A program made the translations under genes and the position numbers. Below the pieces are notes generated by a model, which was not told the origin of the DNA, searched no databases, and saw only the letters and a program-made list of their open reading frames with translations. From assembly GCA_951406725.2 (NCBI GenBank), contig OX597834.1:35278001-35342000 (forward strand): DNA of 64,000 nt. Direction: 5' to 3'. Source of the stretch: Octopus vulgaris (lineage: Eukaryota). Below, piece after piece: positions 52,399 through 64,000 of this stretch (positions are counted from its first letter, which is position 1; each line of letters opens with the position of its first letter).

Positions 52399-54175
52399 CT
52401 AGCAGTATCGCCCGGCGTTGCTCGGGTTTGTAAGGGAAATAACTATATAAGCATTTTTAGAGAGTTATAGCCAAAAAATAGCAAAAAATGCATTAAAAAT
52501 GGAAAAAATATGGTAAATTTTTTTAAAATCGTTGACTCATCGTAGACATTTTTAGAGAGTTACTTCCCTTATATAATAGCGAAAAAATGCATTAAAATGG
52601 AAAAAAAACGATTGTAAATTTTTTTTTAAATCGTAGACTCATGTAGACGCTTTCTTAGCCATTTCTGTTTTGGTGTCTTCAAGCCATGAAGTCGTTGTTC
52701 TAAAAGAACACTGGTCTCCTTGACAACGCATTACGACGTTGATTTCCTTACACTCCCTTCCCCACAGGTGCAGGTGTGAGCGTGGACGCCAACTCCGCCG
52801 CCATCGACACACGAAAAATTATGCATTAAAATGGAATAAAAAATGATGTTAAATTATTTTTAAAATCGTAGACTCATCGTAGACGCGCGCTAATATTCAG
52901 ACGGGCTCGATATGAATCACGACTATAAGCTACCCGAATTTGGTTAAACTGTACCGCAAAATGTGGGAGTAGTTAGGAATCTAAATCGAAGGGGACAGAC
53001 ACTCACACAACTACAGTTTTATATATATAGATATACATAGCGCAGTAGTGGTGAGATATGACAGCAAAGAAAAGCATACATTCACTCTCTGCATGCAATT
53101 AGACTCGGAAAGTTCGTGAGGAACCCATTGACCCAATTTGCTGACTTTTCCGATAGCACACAGGTGTCAATGAATGGTTGAATGACCAAATCCAAGCTTC
53201 TCTGCTAGTTCCTCAACAGTTACGATGATATTTTGTTCCACCAGGGTTTTCAGGATGTCCTTGTCGAGTTCTACAGATCTTTCAGGATGAGGCTCGTCTT
53301 CTAGGCTGTAGTTTATGGTTCGGGATTTCTGGAACCACCATTGACACTGCCTTACGCTTATTGTCCAATCCCCATATACTACATTAATATTTCTTGTACT
53401 TTGCACACATTTATATTCTGTTATTCTTTTATATGTTTCAGCCTTGAGGTTGTGGCCATGCTGGATCATGTGTGTGTGAGTGTGTGTGTCTATCTGTCTG
53501 TCTGTCTGTATGTATATATGTATATGTATGTGTGTGAACAATAATATTTTCAACAGATGTGTTGCAAATGTATCTGATTGTTCTCAAGCTTCAATACTGT
53601 GTGTGTGTGTATGTGTGTGTGTGTATGTATGTATGTATATGTATGTATGTATGTATATGTGTGTATGTATGTATGTGTGTATGTATGTATGTGTGTGTGT
53701 ATGTGTGTGTGTATGTATGTATGTATGTATGTATGTATGTATGTATGTATGTATGAGTGTATGTTTACTTTATTACTAATTACTCTCTTCCAAGAACATT
53801 TTCACTCACTCTTAGCTCTTAGCTTCCCATACATTTTACTCATGTATCTATCATCGTCATAGACAGAATACTTTCACTTTAGTCTTCCTCAAATCACTGT
53901 CTATTTACTTTCATTTTATTCGTTGCCCACTGTGTGTGTGCGTTTGCGTGTGGTGTAAACCAGACTAAGAAAAGCATTTGACACACACACCAGAATGTTA
54001 GTTTTCTGTAAATTTTGCTTAATTGGAGTTTAAATTTTAAAAACTGGACCTGGCATGACGCGATGCATTGTACTCTCAAAAATGCTAGGTAAATTGTAAT
54101 TGAAGAAATCCTATATTGTAGATTTGTATAACTCCCAAAGGGAGGCAGATAAAATCTGCCTTTTATAATAAGAGA
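52399..54175 (-). mobile_element. Helitron-bounded 1.78-kb unit, copy 2 (tandem duplicate)
   Basis: Near-identical to 50607-52386 with scattered substitutions and indels; separated from it by (TA)6. Confidence 0.7.
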
Positions 54176-55080
54176 TATATATATATATCATCATCATCAT
54201 CATCATCACCATTAAACATACGCTTTCCATGCTGGCATTGGTTGGACGGTTTGACTCGAACTGGTAAGTCGAAGCACCGCACCAGGTTCCAGTATGATTT
54301 GTCATGGTTTCTATACTCTTTACTCTTTTACTTGTTTCAGTCATTTGACTGCGGCCATGCTGGAGCACCGCCTTTAATCGAGCAAATCGACCCAGGGACT
54401 TATTCTTTTTGTAAGCCCAGTACTTATTCTATCCGGGTCTTTTGGCGAACCGCTAAGTAACGAGGACTTAAACACACCAGCATCGGTTGTCAAGCAATGC
54501 TAGGGGGACAAACACACATACATATATACGACAGGCTTCTTTTCAGTTTCTGTCTACCAAATCCACTCACAAGGCTTTGGTCGGCCCGAGGCTATAGTAG
54601 AAGACACTTGCCCAAGGTGCCACGCAGTGGGACTGAACCCGGAACCATGTGGTTGGTAAACAAACTACTTACCACACAGCCACTCCTGCGCTGAAATTAT
54701 TGTGAAAAATTATATGGTTATGGATAGGGTGTCTAATTTCAGCATATTTGGCATTAGAAATTTTTTTGTTTGCCTTTATTTATAAGTTGTTTATAAATTT
54801 AACCTTTAAAGGTATTTTTTAATATGCTGGCCATTGATAAAATTATTTTTCGAAAAAATTTTATCCTACATTAAATATATATATATAATATATAAATGGC
54901 GGTGCCCCAGCATGGCCACAGCTCATAGGCTGGAACTGGAATCAATCAATCATATATATATATATCACGTGATCACGTGACTGACCAGGCTATCAGATGT
55001 TGCTACACATCGCTGGTCACAATGCGCTTCACATTGTTTTAGCCTTCAAATGACGTCACCCCGCTGGTTAAGAGAGCAGG

Positions 55081-55155
<75 letters not shown>

Positions 55156-56594
55156 TTGTATATAGGTGTGGCTGTGTGGTAAGAAGCTTGCTTCCTAACC
55201 ACATGGTTCTGGGTTCAGTCCCACCACATGGCACCTTGGGCAAATGTCTTCTACTATAGCCTTTGACTGACCAAAGTGAGTGGATTTGGTAGACTGAAAC
55301 TGAAAGAAGCCCATATACACATATGTAAGTATTTATGTGTGTGTGTTTTTGTGTCTGTGTTTGTTCCCACCATCATTGCTTGACAACCGAAGTTGGTGTG
55401 TTTATGACCCCATAACTTAGCAGTTCAGCAAAAGAAACTGATAGTATAAGTACTACTTACAAAGAACAAGTCCTAGGGTTGATTTCTTTGACTAAAAAAC
55501 CCTTTAAGGTGGTGTTCCAGCATGGCTGCAGGCAAATTACTAAAACAAGTAAAAGAATGTGTGTGTGTGTGTTTGTTGGTTTGTTTACATCCCTCTAACT
55601 TAGCAGTTCATCAAGAGATACCAATAGAATAAGTATCAGACTTTAAAAAATAGCACTGCGGTTGATCTGTTTGACAAAGCCCTTCAAGGCAGTGCCCCAG
55701 CATGGCCACAGTCCAATGATTGAAGCAAATGGAAGATAAATGATTATATTGTATGCATTTCAGAGGAAAACTGAAATGGATATGATAGCCAATTTAATGA
55801 TATTTAAATTTGTCATGCAAAAGCATTTCTTCCATTGTCATGTGAATGAGCATGTAGCAGGCACAAAAGGCCACAGTCCAGCTATCTCATAATGTCTACA
55901 AAATATTCAAACCATGAATGTCATTTAGAAATGCTCAAGAAAAACCTATGGCTTTTGTAGAAAGCAACAACAACCATGGAAACTTAAAATAACTCAAAAC
56001 TTAAAAATAACTAAAAACTTAAAATAACTAAAAACAGGAAGTAATGTTGTTAACTCGTTTGTGCAGAATATGTTAAAAAAAATAAATTCAAAAGACCTAG
56101 AAATCTGATACAAAATAGATATAAAACAGTACAGCATTAATGGTATTGAAAACACCTTTATGGAACTAAAAACGCTTCTTTTGGGGTTACATAATAACGT
56201 CAATAGCAACAATTGTGACTTAGTGCAAGTTGGTAACTAGAAATTGCAGTCAAATGTCCTTTGAACTTTCCTCTAGTAACATTAAGTTGCAGTTACATGC
56301 ACCATTGGCGTATAAAGAAAGATAACCTGTATAGACAAGCATCATATTTAGAAGCAAGGTTAAGCCATTTAACAATAGAAAGAGGAGAGAATAGACAGAC
56401 AGGCAGGTAGGTAGGTAGATAGCTGAGTAAATAGACAGATAGCTAGATTGGCAGATAAATAGATATATGCATGTGAATGTGTGTGTGTATGCATATATAT
56501 ATATAGGGAAAGTTTACGAAAAAAAACAAGACGAAGACAGGTGGTGTACAAAACAAACAGATGTATTAGTATAGCACTCAGGAATAGAAAAAGT

Positions 56595-56630
56595 CTTTTA
56601 CGTTTCGAGCCTACGCTCTTCTACAGAAAG
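56595..56630 (-). ncRNA. Minimal hammerhead-like motif (A6U variant) in a ~190-bp element between TA tracts
   Basis: The - strand reads CTTT-CTGTAGA-A-GAGC gtag GCTC-GAAACGTA-AAAG. The host element is related to the one at 22970-23175. Confidence 0.5.
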
Positions 56631-57454
56631 GGACACAGAAAAAACAAGGAGAAAAAAATGTGTGTAGTGGCTAACAATCTATCATGGTATCAATCTTTAT
56701 ATATGTACATATATATATATATATATACATATATAAAGAGTGAGAGAGAGAGAGAAAGCAAGAGAGGGAGAGCAAGAGAGAGAGAGATTAGGTAAGTAAA
56801 TAAATAAATAGATAGATAGATAGAAAGAAAGGGAAAGAGAGATATTTCTGCAAAGGGAGCTGACTTATCTTAATCATATGGTACTATGTTGGGAATTTGG
56901 CCTTAGAATGTAAGGCAGAGCCCATAGCCTTAATACAGGCCCTCCTAGACTGGGGTTGGGGCCGGGAAAGGAAGTAGTGGAGTCGAGGGAAGGTATGTGC
57001 ATGTGTGTGTGTGTTTGTGGTGGTGGGGTTAGAGAGAGTTAGGTCAAAGGTTAATATTGTTAATTAATATGCACTTGAACTCTCAAGGTCACTGGTTGAG
57101 AGTAACACGTAGGTGGTGTGTATAGATGTCTCTGGTTATATAAGGGTGATTTAATATGTGTGAATGCACAGATGAGTGCAAGTATGTATAGGTGAGTGAG
57201 CGCATGCGTCAGCGTTTATACTTGTGAATGTGCGTAGGTGCATGTGCATATTAGCATATGCCTGTAATTGTGCATGTGAGTGCAGAGCCAGTGGAGTGTA
57301 ACATCACACAGTACATGTATGCTTGGTTTGTGTGTGTGTGTGTGTGTGTGAGTGTGTGTCTGTTTCTATGTGAGTGCACACTGAAACACTCCCAGTTTGA
57401 AATAGTGTGTCTCTGTTTAAGTATGATGATGTGGCTGGCAATATATGAGGAAGA

Positions 57455-57529
57455 GTGTGTGCGTGTGTATGTGTCTGCAGGCATGTGTGTATGTGTGTGT
57501 CTGCAAGCATGTGTGTGTGTGTCTGCAAG

Positions 57530-57577
<48 letters not shown>

Positions 57578-57845
57578 TGCAAGCATGTGTGAGTGCAGGC
57601 ATGTGTGTGTGTGTCTGCAAGCATGTGTGTGAGTGCAGGCATGTGTGTGTGAGTGTCTGCAAGCATGTGTGTGTGTGTCTGCAAGCATGTGTGTGTGTGT
57701 CTGCAGGTTTGTGTGTGTATGTGTGTGTCTGCAGGCTTGTGTGTGTGTGCATGTGTGTGTCTGCAGTCGTGTGTGTGTATGTTTGTGTCTGCAGGCATGT
57801 GTGTGTCTGCAGGCGCGTGTGTGTGTCTGCAGGTGTGTGTATGTG
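57455..57845. repeat. (GT)n microsatellite punctuated by CTGCA(A/G)GCA
   Basis: About 18 CTGCAGGCATG/CTGCAAGCATG-type nodes between GT runs of variable length. Confidence 0.85.
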
Positions 57846-58459
57846 AGAGAGAGAGAGACAGAGAGAGAGAAAAGAGATAGTGTGACTATGTGTGAGTATA
57901 GAGGCGTGGTAGGCAACATAAGACTGAACGTGCTTATGAGCTTATGAGAGTGTTATTGATGCATGTCTGTACATATGTGTGTGTAGGAGATATTGTGTGT
58001 CAGAGCAAAGTGGTGTAGCTGTCAACATATGACTGAGTGTTTATATATAGGCGTAGGGGTGGCTGTGTGGTAAGTAGCTTGTTTACCAACCACATGGTTC
58101 CGGGTTCAGTCCCACTGCGTGGCACCTTGGGCAAGTGTCCTCTACTATAGCCTTAAGCCAACCAAAGCCTTGTGAGTGGATTTGGTAGACGGAAACTGAA
58201 AGAAGCTCGGCTCGTCGTATATATATATATATATGTGTGTGTGTATGTGTGTAGATGTTTGTGTGTCTGTGTTTGTCCCCCCAACATCTCTTGATAACCG
58301 ATGCTGGTGTGTTTACGTCACTGTAACTTAACGGTTCAGCAAAAGAGACCGATAGAATAAGTACTAGGCTTACAAAGAATAAGTCCTGGGGTCGATTTGC
58401 TCGACTAAAGGCGGTGCTCCAGCATGGCCACAGTCAAATGACTGAAACAAGTAAAAGAG

Positions 58460-58492
<33 letters not shown>

Positions 58493-59336
58493 GTATGTGC
58501 GTTTGTACGTGTGTATGAAAGCATATGGTAATCAATACTAGACTGTGTTTGTGTGTGTGTGTGTATGAAAATGTGTACGTGTAGATTGTGCATGTGTGTT
58601 GTGTATGTTTGTATGTGTGTTGTGTATGTGTTGTGTGTGCGTCTGTGTCTGCGTATGTGTCTATGTATTTGAGCGCGTGAGTGCATGGATAGTGTGTCTC
58701 TGCGTGAGACAGTGTACATGTCTATACTGAAGCGTGGTGGCCAATGCTAGACTGTGTGTGCATATGTATGAGGGAGTGTATGTGTGTCTGTGTGTCGGTA
58801 TATCTTGTGTATGCGTTGTGTGTGTGTGTGTGTGCTTGGTACTGTTGTTTAAACGTTATCAATTATCTTCATGGTAAATTTACTTCTCAACATTAATGGA
58901 CTGTTTCACGGACTCCACCTGAGATCTTTGCAATTATTTCTAATGAATCCTGCACATACACATAGGCGCAAGAGTGGCTGCGTGGTTAAGAGACTTGGTC
59001 TGCAACCATCAGGTCTCTGGTTCAGTCCCGCTGCACAGCACCATGGACAAGAGTCTTCTTCTATAGCCCCAGTCTACCAAAGCCTTATGAATGAATTTAC
59101 GAGACACAGAAACTATGTGGAAGCCTGTCATATCATCATCATCGTTTAACGTCCGCTTTCCATGCTAGCACGGGTTGGACGGTTCGACCGGGGTCTGGGA
59201 AGCCAGGAGGCTGCACCAGGCTCCAGTCTGATCTGGCAGTGTTTCTACAGCTGGATGCCCTTCCTAATGCCAACCACTCCGTGAGTGTAGTGGGTGCTTT
59301 TTACATGCCACCGGCACAGGTGCCAGGGGAGCCTGG

Positions 59337-59368
<32 letters not shown>

Positions 59369-59483
59369 ATCATCATCATCATCATTTAATGTCCATCTTC
59401 CATACTGGCATTGGTTGGACAGTTTGAGAGAAACTGGCCAGATAGAAGACTACACCGTGCTACTGTGTCTGTTTTGGCAGGGG

Positions 59484-59518
<35 letters not shown>

Positions 59519-59772
59519 AAATATTAAGGAATGACCCTGAGAAGGTCGTTCGACTCACTTGAAAAGAGCAGCCAAACTCAAAACCGCAAAAATAGTAGTA
59601 ATTCTGAAACTAGAGGAAAATAAAAACATTTATCCCCTTCAAACTTTGTACCCTGCAAGGTTTCAACATCTTCACGCAATCAAATTTAATTAAATTAAAT
59701 TAAATCCGTTTACGCTTGGCTTGTCTCATCAGCAAAGTCACCAAAATAGGAGGCAGTTACCCTTATATTGAT

Positions 59773-59809
<37 letters not shown>

Positions 59810-59814
59810 AATAA

Positions 59815-59855
<41 letters not shown>

Positions 59856-60125
59856 AATAAATAAATAAATATATATAAATACATAAATAAATGATATTTC
59901 TTTCATGTGGTTTAGTGGTTAGACTGTTGCCCTCATGATCACTAAACACTTCATTTCATGTTGGTGCAGTCCCACTTTCAATCAGCAGGGAATGTTGGCC
60001 TTCTTGCCTAACCAGTACGGTGGCTTCATTTGAAGGATAAAACAAGTCAAAAACACATTATGAGCAGTGATGTGTAACAACATCTGATAAACTTGATCAT
60101 GTGATACACACAGTAGGTGCAAAAA

Positions 60126-60168
<43 letters not shown>

Positions 60169-60291
60169 CATCACCGGTGATATCACCGTGACCGACCAGG
60201 CTATCTGATGTTGCTACACATCGCTGATCACAATGTGCTTTGCAATGTTTTAGCCTTGAAATGATGCCACCCCGCTGGCTAAGCGAGCAGG

Positions 60292-60371
<80 letters not shown>

Positions 60372-60379
60372 TATATATA

Positions 60380-61250
60380 CAGGGTGCATAAGGTATTTGA
60401 GGACAAACCTTTTTTGGGTCATTGCTGTATTTTTGCTAACTTACCTTACTCAAGAAATGAAGAGGTATGCTGTTATTGTGGTTATAAAGGCTGAGTATAG
60501 TGATTTAGAAATATCTCAATTTTTAAAAGTTGCCAGATCTTTCGTTTACAAAGTTTGTAAGGGGCTAGAGACTGAAGATGGGAACATGTCCCCTGTATGA
60601 AAGCACAAAAAGCATTCTAAATGCTTTGAAATGATCAGAACACCTTAATTTATCCAGCAAGTTCAACAGACCATTGATTACAATCCCAGAAAGTCCATGA
60701 GGTCAATTGCAAAATATCTTCATGTGTTAGAAGGAACAATCAGAAATGTTGTCCACAAAGACATCAGATGTAAGTCTTACATGATGAGGAAATGTCAATC
60801 TGTCCCCAAAAAGCAAAAGAAAATCACTACATCAGATCTAAAAGGCTCTTAAACAAACTGAAAAATCTAGCAGAAGATTTGATTTGGTTTTTCTCAAACA
60901 TGAAAAACTTCAATCAAAATCAAAAAGTTAACAGAAGAAATGACAGACCCTTCTGACCCTTGTGCAGACCCTCCTGAAGTTCCAAGAATTATGCATACAA
61001 AATTTCCTGCAACTGTCATGGTATTAGGGGTTATCAGCAATGAAGGACATGTGATGCCTCCTTACTTCTTTCCACAAGACCTTAAGAGTTAACTCTGCTG
61101 CCTACATTGAGGTCCTAGAAATAATTGTTAAGCCCTGAATAGACAGTGTATGCAATGGAAGGCCATATGTGTTTCAGTAAAAACTCTGCACTATTAGACA
61201 TTGTTCTAGTAACACAGGAATCTATGGTTGAAAATCTTCATGATCACATG
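60380..61250 (+). pseudogene. Decayed Tc1/mariner transposon (maT/DD37D-like)
   Basis: TA|CAGGGTG start. Frameshifted pieces EISQFLKVARSFVYKV (HTH), KFPATVMVLGVISNEGHVMPPYFF, and AYIEVLEIIVKP..RPYVFQ. Confidence 0.75.
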
Positions 61251-61708
61251 AAGCAAATGAGACAGAGACGATAAGTACTAGACATAAAAAAGCAACAACA
61301 ACAAAAGTACCAGGGTTGATTTGTACAGCCGGATTGGTAAAGAAGTTCACTTTACAACCATGTGGTTCTGGGATCAGTCCCACTGCACAGCACCTTGGGT
61401 AAGTGTCTTTTACTATAACCTCAGGCTGACCAAAGTATGTCAATGAATTTGGGAGAAGGAATCTGTGTGGAAGACCTTCGTCATTGCCATTGTCATCATC
61501 ATCATCATCATTTAACGGCTGTTGTCCATGCTGGTATGGGTTGGACGATTTGACCGGGGTTGGCATGCTGGAAGGCTGCACCTGACACCAGTCTAATTTG
61601 GCATGGTGTTTCTATGGCTGGATGTCCTTCCTAATGCCAACCACTCCAAAGGTGTAATAGGTGCTTCTATGTGCCACCAGCATGGGTGCCATTTGCATGA
61701 CATCAGGC

Positions 61709-61746
<38 letters not shown>

Positions 61747-63619
61747 CTTTGTTCCCACACACAACTTGACAACTGGTGTTGGTTTGTTTATGTCCCTATA
61801 ACTTAACGGTTCAGCAAAATGGACTGATAGAACAAGTACCGGACTGAAAAGAAAAGTCCTGGGGTTGACTGGCATGACCGTGTGGTTAAGCAGCTTGGTT
61901 TGCAAACATGTAGTTCCAGGTTCAGTCCCACTGCATGGCACCATGTGCACGTGTCTTTTACTATAGCAAGGGAAGACAATGAGATGCCAGTTGGTCATCT
62001 GGTTCTTAGTCTTGCTACCACTAACACCACCATCACCTCTTACTACTGCTACCACCGTCACCACCACCACCACCACCACCACCACCACCATCATCACAAT
62101 ACCATTACCACCCTGATTGCTTTTCCCATCATCATCATCACTGTCATCACTATCACGTTTCTGCAGCACCAACAGCACTACTGCCACCACCACCACCACC
62201 ATCACACCACCACCACCACCACCACCACCACAACCTCCACTGCCACCGCAGCCATCGCTGTCACTACCACTGCTACCACCACTGTTACTGCTGCAGCCAG
62301 TGCTGCTGCCATTACCCCACCACCACCACCACCACCACCACCACTGCCAAAACCACCATCACTGCAACCACCACTATAACTACCATCACTGCCACCACCA
62401 CAACCACCACCACCACAACCACCACCACTACACTCTAATTTGATAATTGACTTAGATATAATAATTATAATTATAAACTGAACGTTATTTCATTCTAAAT
62501 ACATATATACATATTCAGTATTCATACACATACCATCACATACACACACATACACACACACACACACACACACGCATTACCTACACAAACATCAAAACAT
62601 TCAGATAAACATAGTGTCCACACACATACATACAGAGCAGACACAAACATACATACACACACACACACTGTCCACACAAGAGACACATACAGACATCACC
62701 GTGTTCACACATACACACACACAGTGGAGAGTCACACAAACCGTTCAACACACGCCCCGCCTCCCACAACACAGTAGAGACACAAGAACACTTGTGCACA
62801 CACACACACACACACAAGCATACACTGCATTCACATACACACAGTGAAGGCATACACACATTCACACACATACACCATCACACACACACACACATACATA
62901 CACTGCATTTACACATGCACATACACACACTCACACACCATCATATACACACAAACATTCACTGCATTCACATACGCACATACACATACAAACATTCACA
63001 CACATACACCATCTCACACACACACACACACACATGTACACACAAACATACACTGCACTCACATATGCACATACACGCACTCACATACACACATATATAC
63101 ACACAAACATACACTGTATTCACATATGCACATACACACAGTGAAGGCATACACACATTCACACACATACACCATCACACACACACACACACACACACAC
63201 AAACATACACTGCATTCACACATGCACATACACAATGAAGACACACACATACTCACACATACACAGTGTTCACAAAGATGCACCATGATCACACAAGCAT
63301 ACATTGTTTGTACACACACACACACACAGAGGCCACATCGTGCGGAAAGTCAAAGTATTAATTGCAATGCCAGTAGATTTCACTGAAGCCAGGTTACCGA
63401 CAGAAAACAATGTTGTTCTGTCTGTCTGTTTGTCTCACTCTTCACTCTCTCTCTCACTCTCTCTCTCACTCTCTCTCTTTCTCTATTACCGAGCTGTTTT
63501 GGTTCACAATGTAAGCAATGACAGGGAATCCTGTTGTCAGACGCATAGGTGTGGTTGCTAAGTGATGCCCAAGATCAATATAGGCACACAGAAATGTTTG
63601 CATGTATATGTTTATATAA

Positions 63620-63650
<31 letters not shown>

Positions 63651-63920
63651 ATCATCGTCATCACCATCATCATCACCATTGTCATCACTGATTTTAACGT
63701 TCTCTTTTCCAAGCTTGCATTGGTCAGTTGGAGTTTATTGAAGCAGATTTTCCTACAGTCGGATGCCCTTCCAGTTGCCAACCCTCATCTGTTTCCATGC
63801 AAGTCAATATCTCTCCATGGTTAAACATTTTTTGTCTTTGGTAAAATATTGGAAGGGAATGACACACTGTATGACTGTGAAACCTAACATGTGATATCAA
63901 GACAAGAGCACACACACACC

Positions 63921-64000
<80 letters not shown>

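Noticed and set aside
55840-56380. Non-repetitive block that could be an upstream exon or promoter
   Set aside because: No ORF homology, convincing splice-site pair or diagnostic motif to support a call.
22017-63957. Numerous long ORFs (poly-N, poly-L, YIYI, CVCV, HTHT, poly-T/P/H)
   Set aside because: They are translations of (AAT)n, (TA)n, (CA)n, (CAC)n and (GATA)n microsatellites.

Overview
AT-rich, microsatellite-dense animal genomic DNA; the SINE families and (TA)n/(CA)n/(CAT)n content suggest an octopod cephalopod (inference). Two genes converge about 19 kb apart. On the + strand is the last coding exon of a small acidic protein (SMAP/C11orf58-like) gene (2877-3349). On the - strand is a 10-exon STK33-like Ser/Thr kinase CDS (46105->22332, 410 aa from the first in-frame ATG; all introns GT-AG with consistent phases). 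The rest is repeat-derived: at least three high-copy SINE-type families, hAT, mariner and maT transposase relics, Merlin- and piggyBac-type MITEs, a tandem Helitron-bounded 1.78-kb unit, a Penelope-like (GIY-YIG) retroelement relic and several minisatellites. The most notable signal is a set of minimal type-I hammerhead ribozyme (HHR) motifs. They lie in short, often palindromic Penelope-like end sequences embedded in TA tracts. They include a U3-A8 covariant core and a composite element that joins a tRNA-like head to an HHR tail. Almost all ORFs in the supplied track are microsatellite or SINE artefacts.
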